This document shows positions 29,224 to 36,198 of a stretch of 64,000 nt of DNA, one piece after another. A model generated the notes under the pieces. That model ran no database searches, had not been told where the DNA came from, and saw nothing but the letters and a program-made list of their open reading frames with translations. The position numbers and the translations under genes are program-made. How positions within the stretch are numbered: the stretch's first letter is position 1; the number at the start of each line of letters is the position of its first letter. The stretch lies in the IMG/VR virus record IMGVR_UViG_3300027969_000039, positions 1-64,000 of that record. One strand, given 5' to 3'.

Positions 29224-29414
29224 CTAAAATCACAAGCCTTATAGACTGCTTCCTGTACTGCGGTATCAGTAACTTCCTCAAAACGCTCGTCCTGAGCCAA
29301 GGCCTTGAGCAATCCTCGAACAACAGACCAACTCAAGTTTTGACTGATTGCCAACTTTACTATGGATCCAACTGCATCATTACCAGCGTCTGTAAACATT
29401 GCGAAATTTGTCAT
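29220..29414 (-). CDS. small early hypothetical protein (cassette gene)
   Basis: 64 aa; RBS; stop in -35 of next promoter. Confidence 0.75.
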   Translation of the reverse strand: MTNFAMFTDAGNDAVGSIVKLAISQNLSWSVVRGLLKALAQDERFEEVTDTAVQEAVYKACDFS

Positions 29415-29448
29415 TTTCTAAGTCCTTTAATTAACTGTCTAAGTATGT

Positions 29449-29477
29449 ATTATATACCCAAAACCATTTAATGTCAA
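29449..29477 (-). promoter_or_regulatory. 29-bp repeated early promoter, copy 2
   Basis: identical to copy 1. Confidence 0.92.
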
Positions 29478-29662
29478 GCCGGTAGAACAACTTCAGTTGG
29501 AATTTGAGACTCACGCCAGGCATTCATATAGGCTTCACGCTCGGCCCGAACCTTGAGGATGCTCCGACTAAAGCGGCGGTCATAGTAGGCCCACGCACCG
29601 CTATCTACCCAGGTTTGGCGGCTGCATCGGACTTTGTTTACCTTGTGTTTTCTCATTTTCAT
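29474..29662 (-). CDS. small basic hypothetical protein
   Basis: 62 aa; stop in -35. Confidence 0.65.
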   Translation of the reverse strand: MKMRKHKVNKVRCSRQTWVDSGAWAYYDRRFSRSILKVRAEREAYMNAWRESQIPTEVVLPA

Positions 29663-29665
29663 ATA

Positions 29666-29932
29666 TTAAGCCCGGTAAGTAGAATAATTACGGATTTTGC
29701 TTTGTTTATTAGCATGGCTTTCGTTGAATTTAATCTCATAACCACGCTGACGTAGTGCATTGATCAGTACTGACAGGTCGCAGTCTTCTTCCAAGAAAGC
29801 ATTGGTACCGTTCTGGTAGCTGTAAGTACTAATCTTATCAGCGATACCAAGTGCTACCAACTTTGCTTTGGGGAAGCGGGCCCATGCATGACCCGGGTCT
29901 GCGAACACTTTGATAGAGATTTTTTTAGTCAT
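29666..29932 (-). CDS. conserved hypothetical protein
   Basis: DPGHAW...ISTYSY...FLEEDCD motif seen in phage/mobile-element proteins. Confidence 0.7.
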   Translation of the reverse strand: MTKKISIKVFADPGHAWARFPKAKLVALGIADKISTYSYQNGTNAFLEEDCDLSVLINALRQRGYEIKFNESHANKQSKIRNYSTYRA

Positions 29933-29943
29933 TTTGAGGTCCT

Positions 29944-30198
29944 TTACAATACTTGAGAAACTGAATAGTTATTCACTTTTGTGATATTTTCAACATGCCA
30001 ATCAATTATAGACTGTTCAGTATTGAGCGGCAATTCTCTAAAGTAAAGAGTTTTGCCTAGCATTACTTTATCTTTTGCGTTTAGCTTAGTGTAGTCACTA
30101 GCAGCAATCAGCAAACAAATTTCTTCGTTGCTGTAGGGCCGCTTTTTGACAGACACTTTAAAATACAAAGTACTGATTGCATTTGCTTTGAATTTCAT
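29944..30198 (-). CDS. small early hypothetical protein
   Basis: 84 aa directly after promoter copy 3. Confidence 0.7.
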   Translation of the reverse strand: MKFKANAISTLYFKVSVKKRPYSNEEICLLIAASDYTKLNAKDKVMLGKTLYFRELPLNTEQSIIDWHVENITKVNNYSVSQVL

Positions 30199-30225
30199 AG
30201 AGACCTTTCAACTGAATAAGACTCT

Positions 30226-30254
30226 ATTATATACCCAAAACCATTTAATGTCAA
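30226..30254 (-). promoter_or_regulatory. 29-bp repeated early promoter, copy 3
   Basis: identical to copy 1. Confidence 0.92.
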
Positions 30255-30469
30255 CCAAGGACCTCAGTCACAGTATAATTATACCGTGTATAACCAACGT
30301 CAGTGGATCCACCATAACCAGCAAAACTCTTATTGTTCATTGCCAACTTAGCAGTACCCTTCCGAGCCATTTTTTGTGCCTCGTTGTACCAATAAGCGCC
30401 TTCAGTTATCCGTGTATGTCCACTAGCGGTTTCACGCCGTACTACATCAAAATTAAAACTGCGTACCAT
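30251..30469 (-). CDS. small hypothetical protein
   Basis: start refined to MVRSFNF; stop in -35. Confidence 0.6.
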   Translation of the reverse strand: MVRSFNFDVVRRETASGHTRITEGAYWYNEAQKMARKGTAKLAMNNKSFAGYGGSTDVGYTRYNYTVTEVLG

Positions 30470-30470
30470 T

Positions 30471-30602
30471 TTATTGCTCCATCGGGTCACCAAGTGTATA
30501 CTCGGTGATCCATTCAATTGTAAAATCTTCACCTCTATGTTCTGCAACATAGATGCAAAGTGCTTCCAGCGTACGGAAAATCAAATCGCCAATTCTATAC
30601 AT
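30471..30602 (-). CDS. 43-aa hypothetical protein
   Basis: MYRIGDLIFRTLEALCIYVAEHRGEDFTIEWITEYTLGDPMEQ; TAATG coupling to upstream gene. Confidence 0.55.
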   Translation of the reverse strand: MYRIGDLIFRTLEALCIYVAEHRGEDFTIEWITEYTLGDPMEQ

Positions 30603-30976
30603 TATGCCACCTTCCGAAAATATTGATAGGGCAAGCCCAGATCATAGCACAGATATTCCCAGTCGCCATTAGCGTTGCTAGCGTCCATGATCCAGCGCAA
30701 TGCAGTCTCACGGTCACGCGCGCCCATGCAGATAGTGTTGGTGACATGCTGCTCAAACTTATCCACAGCTTCCTTCTCAGCAACCTTACGCTGGGCTTCC
30801 TCACGCACGATCACAGCTTCCAAACTTGCAAACTCCAGTTGGAAGTCTTGCAGCGTCCAAGTGCTGGTGTCGATACCACGAGGGCGAACACCATGTGCGT
30901 CCTTGTACATATCCCAGTAGATGCACTGGGCTTGTTCCAAGTCAGACATTTGTTCCCAAGTAGTGAATTCAGACAT
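30602..30976 (-). CDS. conserved phage hypothetical protein
   Basis: IYWDMYKDAHGVRPRG motif; start refined to MSEFTTW. Confidence 0.75.
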   Translation of the reverse strand: MSEFTTWEQMSDLEQAQCIYWDMYKDAHGVRPRGIDTSTWTLQDFQLEFASLEAVIVREEAQRKVAEKEAVDKFEQHVTNTICMGARDRETALRWIMDASNANGDWEYLCYDLGLPYQYFRKVA

Positions 30977-31005
30977 ATTTGTTCCTTTAATCAATCTAAG
31001 CCTCT

Positions 31006-31034
31006 ATTATAGACCCAAAACCATTTAATGTCAA
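31006..31034 (-). promoter_or_regulatory. 29-bp repeated early promoter, copy 4
   Basis: TTGACATTAAATGGTTTTGGGTCTATAAT (1 mismatch). Confidence 0.92.
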
Positions 31035-31228
31035 CCGAAAACAAATTCCCTGACCCACTCAAAACGGGTAGTAGAAGGGACCCACTTGAAGTGTTCCCGC
31101 TTGCGGCTTATCTTCTCAAAATCCATGCAGACCATGACCCAACCCTTCTCAGGGCTGAAGCCAACTGTTTCTGCAACACGGACTACTTCGACCATGCTGC
31201 CGTCTGTCATCTTTGCTACAGTAGTCAT
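31031..31228 (-). CDS. small hypothetical protein
   Basis: 65 aa; GGAG RBS; stop in -35. Confidence 0.7.
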   Translation of the reverse strand: MTTVAKMTDGSMVEVVRVAETVGFSPEKGWVMVCMDFEKISRKREHFKWVPSTTRFEWVREFVFG

Positions 31229-31238
31229 TTTCTACTCC

Positions 31239-31400
31239 TTACGCAAACGATCCACGCACTTCTTTAGCGCCGGGGATTTCTTCACATTCACATACCCAGT
31301 CAGAGAATGATTCGTAGTATCCCACGAAATACTCCGGACGCATTTCAGTCTTGCAGTATGGGCACACTGGCATCACAATTGGTTCTATTTTTTCAGACAT
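31239..31400 (-). CDS. 53-aa zinc-ribbon protein
   Basis: MSEKIEPIVMPVCPYCKTEM...WVCECEE; AAGGAG RBS; below ORF-track cutoff. Confidence 0.7.
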   Translation of the reverse strand: MSEKIEPIVMPVCPYCKTEMRPEYFVGYYESFSDWVCECEEIPGAKEVRGSFA

Positions 31401-31430
31401 AATGTTCTCCTTTAATCAATCTAAGAGTAC

Positions 31431-31459
31431 ATTATATACCCAAAACCATTTAATGTCAA
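31431..31459 (-). promoter_or_regulatory. 29-bp repeated early promoter, copy 5
   Basis: identical to copy 1. Confidence 0.92.
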
Positions 31460-31602
31460 GTTTGGGTAACCTTATTTACCGCAGATTCAGCATCTTTTTT
31501 TCCTGTAGGACCGAAAAAGTGCCATGGATATCCGTGTACTACGGCTACCCACCCGGGGGTTTTCCTGCCGTAGTACACGCTTGCTTTTACCAAAAAAGCC
31601 AT
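31456..31602 (-). CDS. 48-aa ORF starting at the ATG inside a degenerate promoter repeat
   Basis: MAFLVKASVYYGRKTPGWVAVVHGYPWHFFGPTGKKDAESAVNKVTQT; AAGGA 10 nt upstream; stop in -35 of copy 5. Confidence 0.5.
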   Translation of the reverse strand: MAFLVKASVYYGRKTPGWVAVVHGYPWHFFGPTGKKDAESAVNKVTQT

Positions 31603-31608
31603 TTAATG

Positions 31609-31884
31609 TCAATCCTTTTTCATAACATATTCAAACAGGATCCACTTGGCACGATTGAGACATTGACGGGCATCTTCGGCCCGCATGAAGTCAACTTCAC
31701 CGTACTCGGTGCTGACCATTTCTTGGGCGTCACTCATCAGGCTAGCAGCCATCATAGCAGGACCGGAGAATTTGAAAGTGAAACTAGATTCCACAGACTC
31801 ACGCATACCTGCTTCGGTCACGCCATACATGCGGACTTCACGCTTTTGTTTCTCGGTCAGTAGATCATACACGGTTGCAGTCAT
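31609..31884 (-). CDS. small early hypothetical protein
   Basis: 91 aa; AAGGAG RBS; stop in degenerate -35 at 31607-31612. Confidence 0.75.
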   Translation of the reverse strand: MTATVYDLLTEKQKREVRMYGVTEAGMRESVESSFTFKFSGPAMMAASLMSDAQEMVSTEYGEVDFMRAEDARQCLNRAKWILFEYVMKKD

Positions 31885-31917
31885 AAAAAGCTCCTTTAGT
31901 TAACTGTCTATAAGAGC

Positions 31918-31946
31918 ATTATATACCCAAAACCATTTAATGTCAA
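31918..31946 (-). promoter_or_regulatory. 29-bp repeated early promoter, copy 6
   Basis: identical to copy 1. Confidence 0.92.
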
Positions 31947-32818
31947 GTTTTGGTAAAGTCTATTTCCCAGTTTTTTAGATGAAAATAACTAATTCCGTCC
32001 CGTTCCATATGCTTATAAAGCCCTTCTAGGGGAACAGAATCTTGCTCAAAAAAGTGTTCCCAAAGATGATTCAATTTGTTGTCAAGTGGAATTTCAATTT
32101 TGCAAAGTTTGTTGTCATCATCTTTCAACCAGTATTCTGAAAATTTATTTGTTTTATGTTTAACAACAAACTTTTTAATAGGCTTTAAAGTTTTTGTACC
32201 TGACCAGGCTGTAGTGTGTACGGGGAATTCAAACCTTGTATTCAATTCTCTAACCATTTCATCAAATTCAATATCATATTCATAGAATTCAGGTAGACGA
32301 TAAATTATCGGCATCAATTCTTCTCTGACTACTTTACTATCACCGTGGATAAATGTACTTAAATCTTTTCTAAATTTAGTTAACCTTTGTTCACGCAAGG
32401 TCAACACCACGAGTTTCTTGCTGTAATAATCACGGATGACATTAGCCTTATCTCTATCTTCCTGAATCATTTCTCTGAACAAGATACTATCAGTAAGTTT
32501 AGTCGGTCTATCATTGGGATTAGCTAAAATATCAATTTTGTGACTGAGCAGTGTTCGCAATCTATGCCAAGTAACACTCAATGCTAATACATCTTCTGTA
32601 GTCTCATACACTTCATATTTTTTTACATACGAACTATCTTGATACAAGTCATCCCAAGATGTAGTACCATTCAATCCTGCAAGAGTATGAATATTGAGTG
32701 GTGAGGGGTTTTGTGTAGTAGCCCCGATGCTACCTTTAGTGATAGCATTACCATATATTGCAAGTTGTTTCTGTACTGCAAGTTGTTTCTGTAGTATGTT
32801 TATGCTTGAATTAGCCAA
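31943..32818 (-). CDS. hypothetical protein
   Basis: 291 aa; own TTGACA-17-TAAAAT promoter at 32845-32873; stop in -35 of copy 6. Confidence 0.65.
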   Translation of the reverse strand: MANSSINILQKQLAVQKQLAIYGNAITKGSIGATTQNPSPLNIHTLAGLNGTTSWDDLYQDSSYVKKYEVYETTEDVLALSVTWHRLRTLLSHKIDILANPNDRPTKLTDSILFREMIQEDRDKANVIRDYYSKKLVVLTLREQRLTKFRKDLSTFIHGDSKVVREELMPIIYRLPEFYEYDIEFDEMVRELNTRFEFPVHTTAWSGTKTLKPIKKFVVKHKTNKFSEYWLKDDDNKLCKIEIPLDNKLNHLWEHFFEQDSVPLEGLYKHMERDGISYFHLKNWEIDFTKT

Positions 32819-32955
32819 TTGTATATTCCATGTTAATATGAGTTATTTTACTATAGAAAATAAAGAATGTCAATATTTTTTTGCCCTATTACGCCTGCGG
32901 GTTGCTTCTTCTTCCCCAAATATTTCTTCCCAAGTTTTTCCTTTTTATCAAAATA

Positions 32956-33417
32956 TTACGATATTGATATATCTTCCATGCCGGCCGCTCTTAAACGTAC
33001 AATGTGACCTAGCATGAAATTTTTTGATTCAAATGCTTTGATTATACCAAGCCAACGATTCCTTAATAATGCTACTTCGTTAATCAATATTTCATATTCA
33101 ATAACTTCATCTTCACCCTCAACATACTTGTCAGCATCACGGCTTGTCAATGCTCTATTATATGCTTCTAAATATTTTTGAAAATGTGTTCGGCGAATTT
33201 TCCGTAACTGAATATTCAAGTAGTTAAGTACCGCTTCCACTTCTTGTAACTGATTGAATCTATGTTCGGTAATGCCGGGTAAAGCGGCAATGTTCTTTTC
33301 AACATTGCCGTATATCTTTACCTCTTTCTTAGCATTATCTAATTCAGTTTCAAAGTGTTGAATAAAATCAGGTATCACAGCCAGATTGACTGTTATCCTT
33401 GTGTACCAATTTGACAT
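32956..33417 (-). CDS. uvsY: recombination mediator UvsY
   Basis: KYLEAYNRALTSRDADKYVEGE...IIKAFESKNFMLGHIVRLRAAG; next to uvsX. Confidence 0.85.
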   Translation of the reverse strand: MSNWYTRITVNLAVIPDFIQHFETELDNAKKEVKIYGNVEKNIAALPGITEHRFNQLQEVEAVLNYLNIQLRKIRRTHFQKYLEAYNRALTSRDADKYVEGEDEVIEYEILINEVALLRNRWLGIIKAFESKNFMLGHIVRLRAAGMEDISIS

Positions 33418-33660
33418 TTAATCCCATTCGTCTAAGTCATCTTCTTCAAAATCTTCATCTTCCTCTGGAAAATGCTCGTCTGCATAACCCTTCAATGCTT
33501 TAGTGATATCTTTGTCCTTGAAGGCATCTTTGATATCTTCAATCTCATAATTGTTATCAATTAAAAAATTAACAAGAGTATCTGCCGCATCATCACGCTC
33601 ACTTAAATCAATATGTTCACGCAATGCATCCCAAACTTCAGCGATTATATCTAAACTCAT
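33418..33660 (-). CDS. small acidic hypothetical protein
   Basis: 80 aa, D/E-rich tail. Confidence 0.65.
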   Translation of the reverse strand: MSLDIIAEVWDALREHIDLSERDDAADTLVNFLIDNNYEIEDIKDAFKDKDITKALKGYADEHFPEEDEDFEEDDLDEWD

Positions 33661-34724
33661 TCTGTAACTTCCTCCTTAGATGTTACATTACTTATCACAC
33701 TTTTAGTTTTTCCTGTATATTCAAGCATTACTTTATCTAGTATGCCGTCTTTGTTAGCTTCCCAACCTTTGCGAAACGCTTTGAGAATCTCGCCATCTTC
33801 GGTAGTGTAAACTAAACTGTTGCCTTCTTTCTTCAAAGCACCGGACTTCTCAAGCATATCAGTTAAGCCACTGTATGGACTCATGCCTGTCTCGTATGGA
33901 ATCTTGACTTGGATGCTCTCAAAAGGTTTCGCATAGCGAGTTTTCATAATCTTACAAGCAGCACGGATACCATTCACTTCAGCAACCTTGTTACCATCCT
34001 CATCCTCTTTAAGTTTGAGTTTTTTCATAGCAACAACAATTGAACTTGCGTAAACAAAACCTTGACCACCACTGATTTTATCATCTGGATCAAACATATC
34101 TTGACTTGCGTATGTGTGATTAGTAGCAACTAATCCTACATTGTGACTACCAAACATATTGACACAGTTACGAACAAGTGCTGTTAGTGCTTTGGGCTTG
34201 CGACCCATGTCACCTTTCATATCACCTGCTTCAAACTGATTAACGTCAGTTGGAGTCAATAGCATACCAAGACTGTCAATGACAAATAATACTTTTGGTT
34301 TGTCATCTTCTGACATTGCTTTATATGACTTCATAAATTCTGATATAGTTTTACCTACATCATCAATCATAGCCATGTTGAGTTTAAGCAATTTAGTTTC
34401 GCTTGTATCTACACCTAATGCGTGTAGCCATTTTTCATCTAAGGCATTTTCGCTGTCAATTAAGACAACATAGATTCCTTGTTGTTGTGCGTGTCTGACG
34501 AGGTTTCCGGAGCAGATGAAACTTTTTCCTGATCCAGACTCTCCGGCAAAGACAGTAACTTTACCAAGAGGTACACCTTTGTTAAAATCACCGCTAATGA
34601 GATAATTGAGTCCATAATTTCCTGTAGAGATCCAATCGGTTGGATCATTGTATCCTATGCTAAGTCCCTCAATACTTTTTGTAATCTCTCTACGGAACTT
34701 GCTTACATCAAATGGTTTTGCCAT
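33657..34724 (-). CDS. uvsX: RecA-like recombinase UvsX
   Basis: GESGSGKS, DSENA, VIDSLG, NHTY, SGGQG..YASS. Confidence 0.93.
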   Translation of the reverse strand: MAKPFDVSKFRREITKSIEGLSIGYNDPTDWISTGNYGLNYLISGDFNKGVPLGKVTVFAGESGSGKSFICSGNLVRHAQQQGIYVVLIDSENALDEKWLHALGVDTSETKLLKLNMAMIDDVGKTISEFMKSYKAMSEDDKPKVLFVIDSLGMLLTPTDVNQFEAGDMKGDMGRKPKALTALVRNCVNMFGSHNVGLVATNHTYASQDMFDPDDKISGGQGFVYASSIVVAMKKLKLKEDEDGNKVAEVNGIRAACKIMKTRYAKPFESIQVKIPYETGMSPYSGLTDMLEKSGALKKEGNSLVYTTEDGEILKAFRKGWEANKDGILDKVMLEYTGKTKSVISNVTSKEEVTE

Positions 34725-34744
34725 TGATAATCTCTCTTTCTTTG

Positions 34745-34984
34745 TTATCTGTTGTTTGTACCTGTTAAGTACAGTTTATCATTAAATGATAATTTATCAA
34801 GTATATCGGGACATTTTTCAGCCATTGAATCAATTTCCCAATCTTGTGGATAGTGTCTTAGTGCGGCTCTTGCACGATCTCTGATTAAACTAGGTACTCG
34901 TGGAGTACGACCAGGATCACACAATTCCTCTAATAATTTTTTACCTTGCTTCATGGCACGGTATCTTTCGTCTGGTAATGTCAT
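34745..34984 (-). CDS. conserved hypothetical protein (MTLPDER family)
   Basis: MTLPDERYRA...PRVP..IR..A...LRHYP. Confidence 0.65.
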   Translation of the reverse strand: MTLPDERYRAMKQGKKLLEELCDPGRTPRVPSLIRDRARAALRHYPQDWEIDSMAEKCPDILDKLSFNDKLYLTGTNNR

Positions 34985-34998
34985 AGTGTTCTCCTAAG

Positions 34999-35018
34999 AT
35001 AGGGGCCGTAGCCCCTAT
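34999..35018 (-). terminator. stable hairpin with cUACGg tetraloop after gene 32
   Basis: ATAGGGGC-TACG-GCCCCTAT; weak U-tract, so it may be a stabilising/processing hairpin. Confidence 0.5.
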
Positions 35019-35024
35019 ATAGAT

Positions 35025-36026
35025 TTAAGCAGCCTTTTGGCGACTACGAATCATCGCCAAAATATCTTGTGCTTTGTCACTTGATGTATTTGCTGCTGGA
35101 ACAACTACTGGAGCACTAGTGAAAGATGCTTCTGCTGCCGCAACATCATCTTCCCATGCGGGAGTATTAGTTGCTACTGGTGCAGTACGAACTGGCAATG
35201 CTGATTCAGTTACTGAACCTGCTGGAGCATCTAAGCCCCATGGGCGAAAGTAGTTACCCCAACGTTCGTTGTCGTAAGGTTGACCATCTACTGATGCCTC
35301 AAACATTTCTTTCATAATGCGTAGTTCAGCTTCACCTGGCTTCTTAGGCAAGAAGTCACTAAGATTAAACAATCCATGTGCTTCAATTGCTGCTTGTTCA
35401 GCCTCAGTCAATGCTGTTTCTCTACGTGCCCAGTTACTTGTACTGTAATCTGCATATCCACCCTTACTAGACTTCTTAATATTGAAGTCAAGACCGCGAA
35501 TATAGTCAGTTGGCAATTCCATGATTTCAGGATCAAGTAATCCACTCTTAACGATTGGGATGATTTGCGGGCTGATAACGAATCTACGAATTGGATTCGC
35601 AGGAGTCTTGTCATCACCCAATGGGTTTTGACGCACAAAGCCTTGAAAAATGTAACTACGCTTTTTCCAATACTTGTTAGCCATTTCTTTCAATGTCTCA
35701 TCTTTGTACCAAGGACGAACCTCAGCCAAGATAGGGCATGTAGAACCATCGTTATACATTTCTACGCATGGAACTTGTACAACTAATTGTTTTGCTCCAC
35801 TGTCACCTTTAACTCCATTGAATGGAAGTTTGATGATTTGTTTTTCTACCCAGAAAAATTCGTTCTTGGAATCACCATCGGGCAAGAAACGAATACTAGC
35901 AGTAGTGCCTTCGTCCATGTTCCAGTGGGGGTAGATAGAATTATCTGATTGGGTTGTAGAACCCTTGTTGTTTGACTTATTGTCTTGCGCTGCGATACGT
36001 GCGCGGATATCTGCTAATGATGCCAT
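35025..36026 (-). CDS. gp32: single-stranded DNA-binding protein (T4 gp32-like)
   Basis: IRFLPDGD, CPIL, YWKKRSYIFQGFV, GLDFNIKK..KGGYADY..S.W; acidic tail. Confidence 0.9.
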   Translation of the reverse strand: MASLADIRARIAAQDNKSNNKGSTTQSDNSIYPHWNMDEGTTASIRFLPDGDSKNEFFWVEKQIIKLPFNGVKGDSGAKQLVVQVPCVEMYNDGSTCPILAEVRPWYKDETLKEMANKYWKKRSYIFQGFVRQNPLGDDKTPANPIRRFVISPQIIPIVKSGLLDPEIMELPTDYIRGLDFNIKKSSKGGYADYSTSNWARRETALTEAEQAAIEAHGLFNLSDFLPKKPGEAELRIMKEMFEASVDGQPYDNERWGNYFRPWGLDAPAGSVTESALPVRTAPVATNTPAWEDDVAAAEASFTSAPVVVPAANTSSDKAQDILAMIRSRQKAA

Positions 36027-36155
36027 ATAAATATTCCTTATAAATTTGAGATGGTCTCGTTTTTAAATTCGCTACTTCACCATGAAGTAACTAACACGAT
36101 GAGTAAGTATAGCATACTTTCTCAACCTGTCAATAGTATTTATCTTTGTTATGGC

Positions 36156-36182
36156 AAACCTCACCTTTTAAGTGAGGTTTTT
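36156..36182. terminator. intrinsic terminator
   Basis: AAACCTCAC / GTGAGGTTT inverted repeat. Confidence 0.75.
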
Positions 36183-36198
36183 GATAAGTAATTTACCC

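Noticed and set aside
29195-31946. CRISPR array (29-bp direct repeats with unique intervening sequence)
   Set aside because: Intervals are roughly 225-750 bp, irregular and protein-coding; the repeat is a consensus sigma70 promoter; no cas operon.
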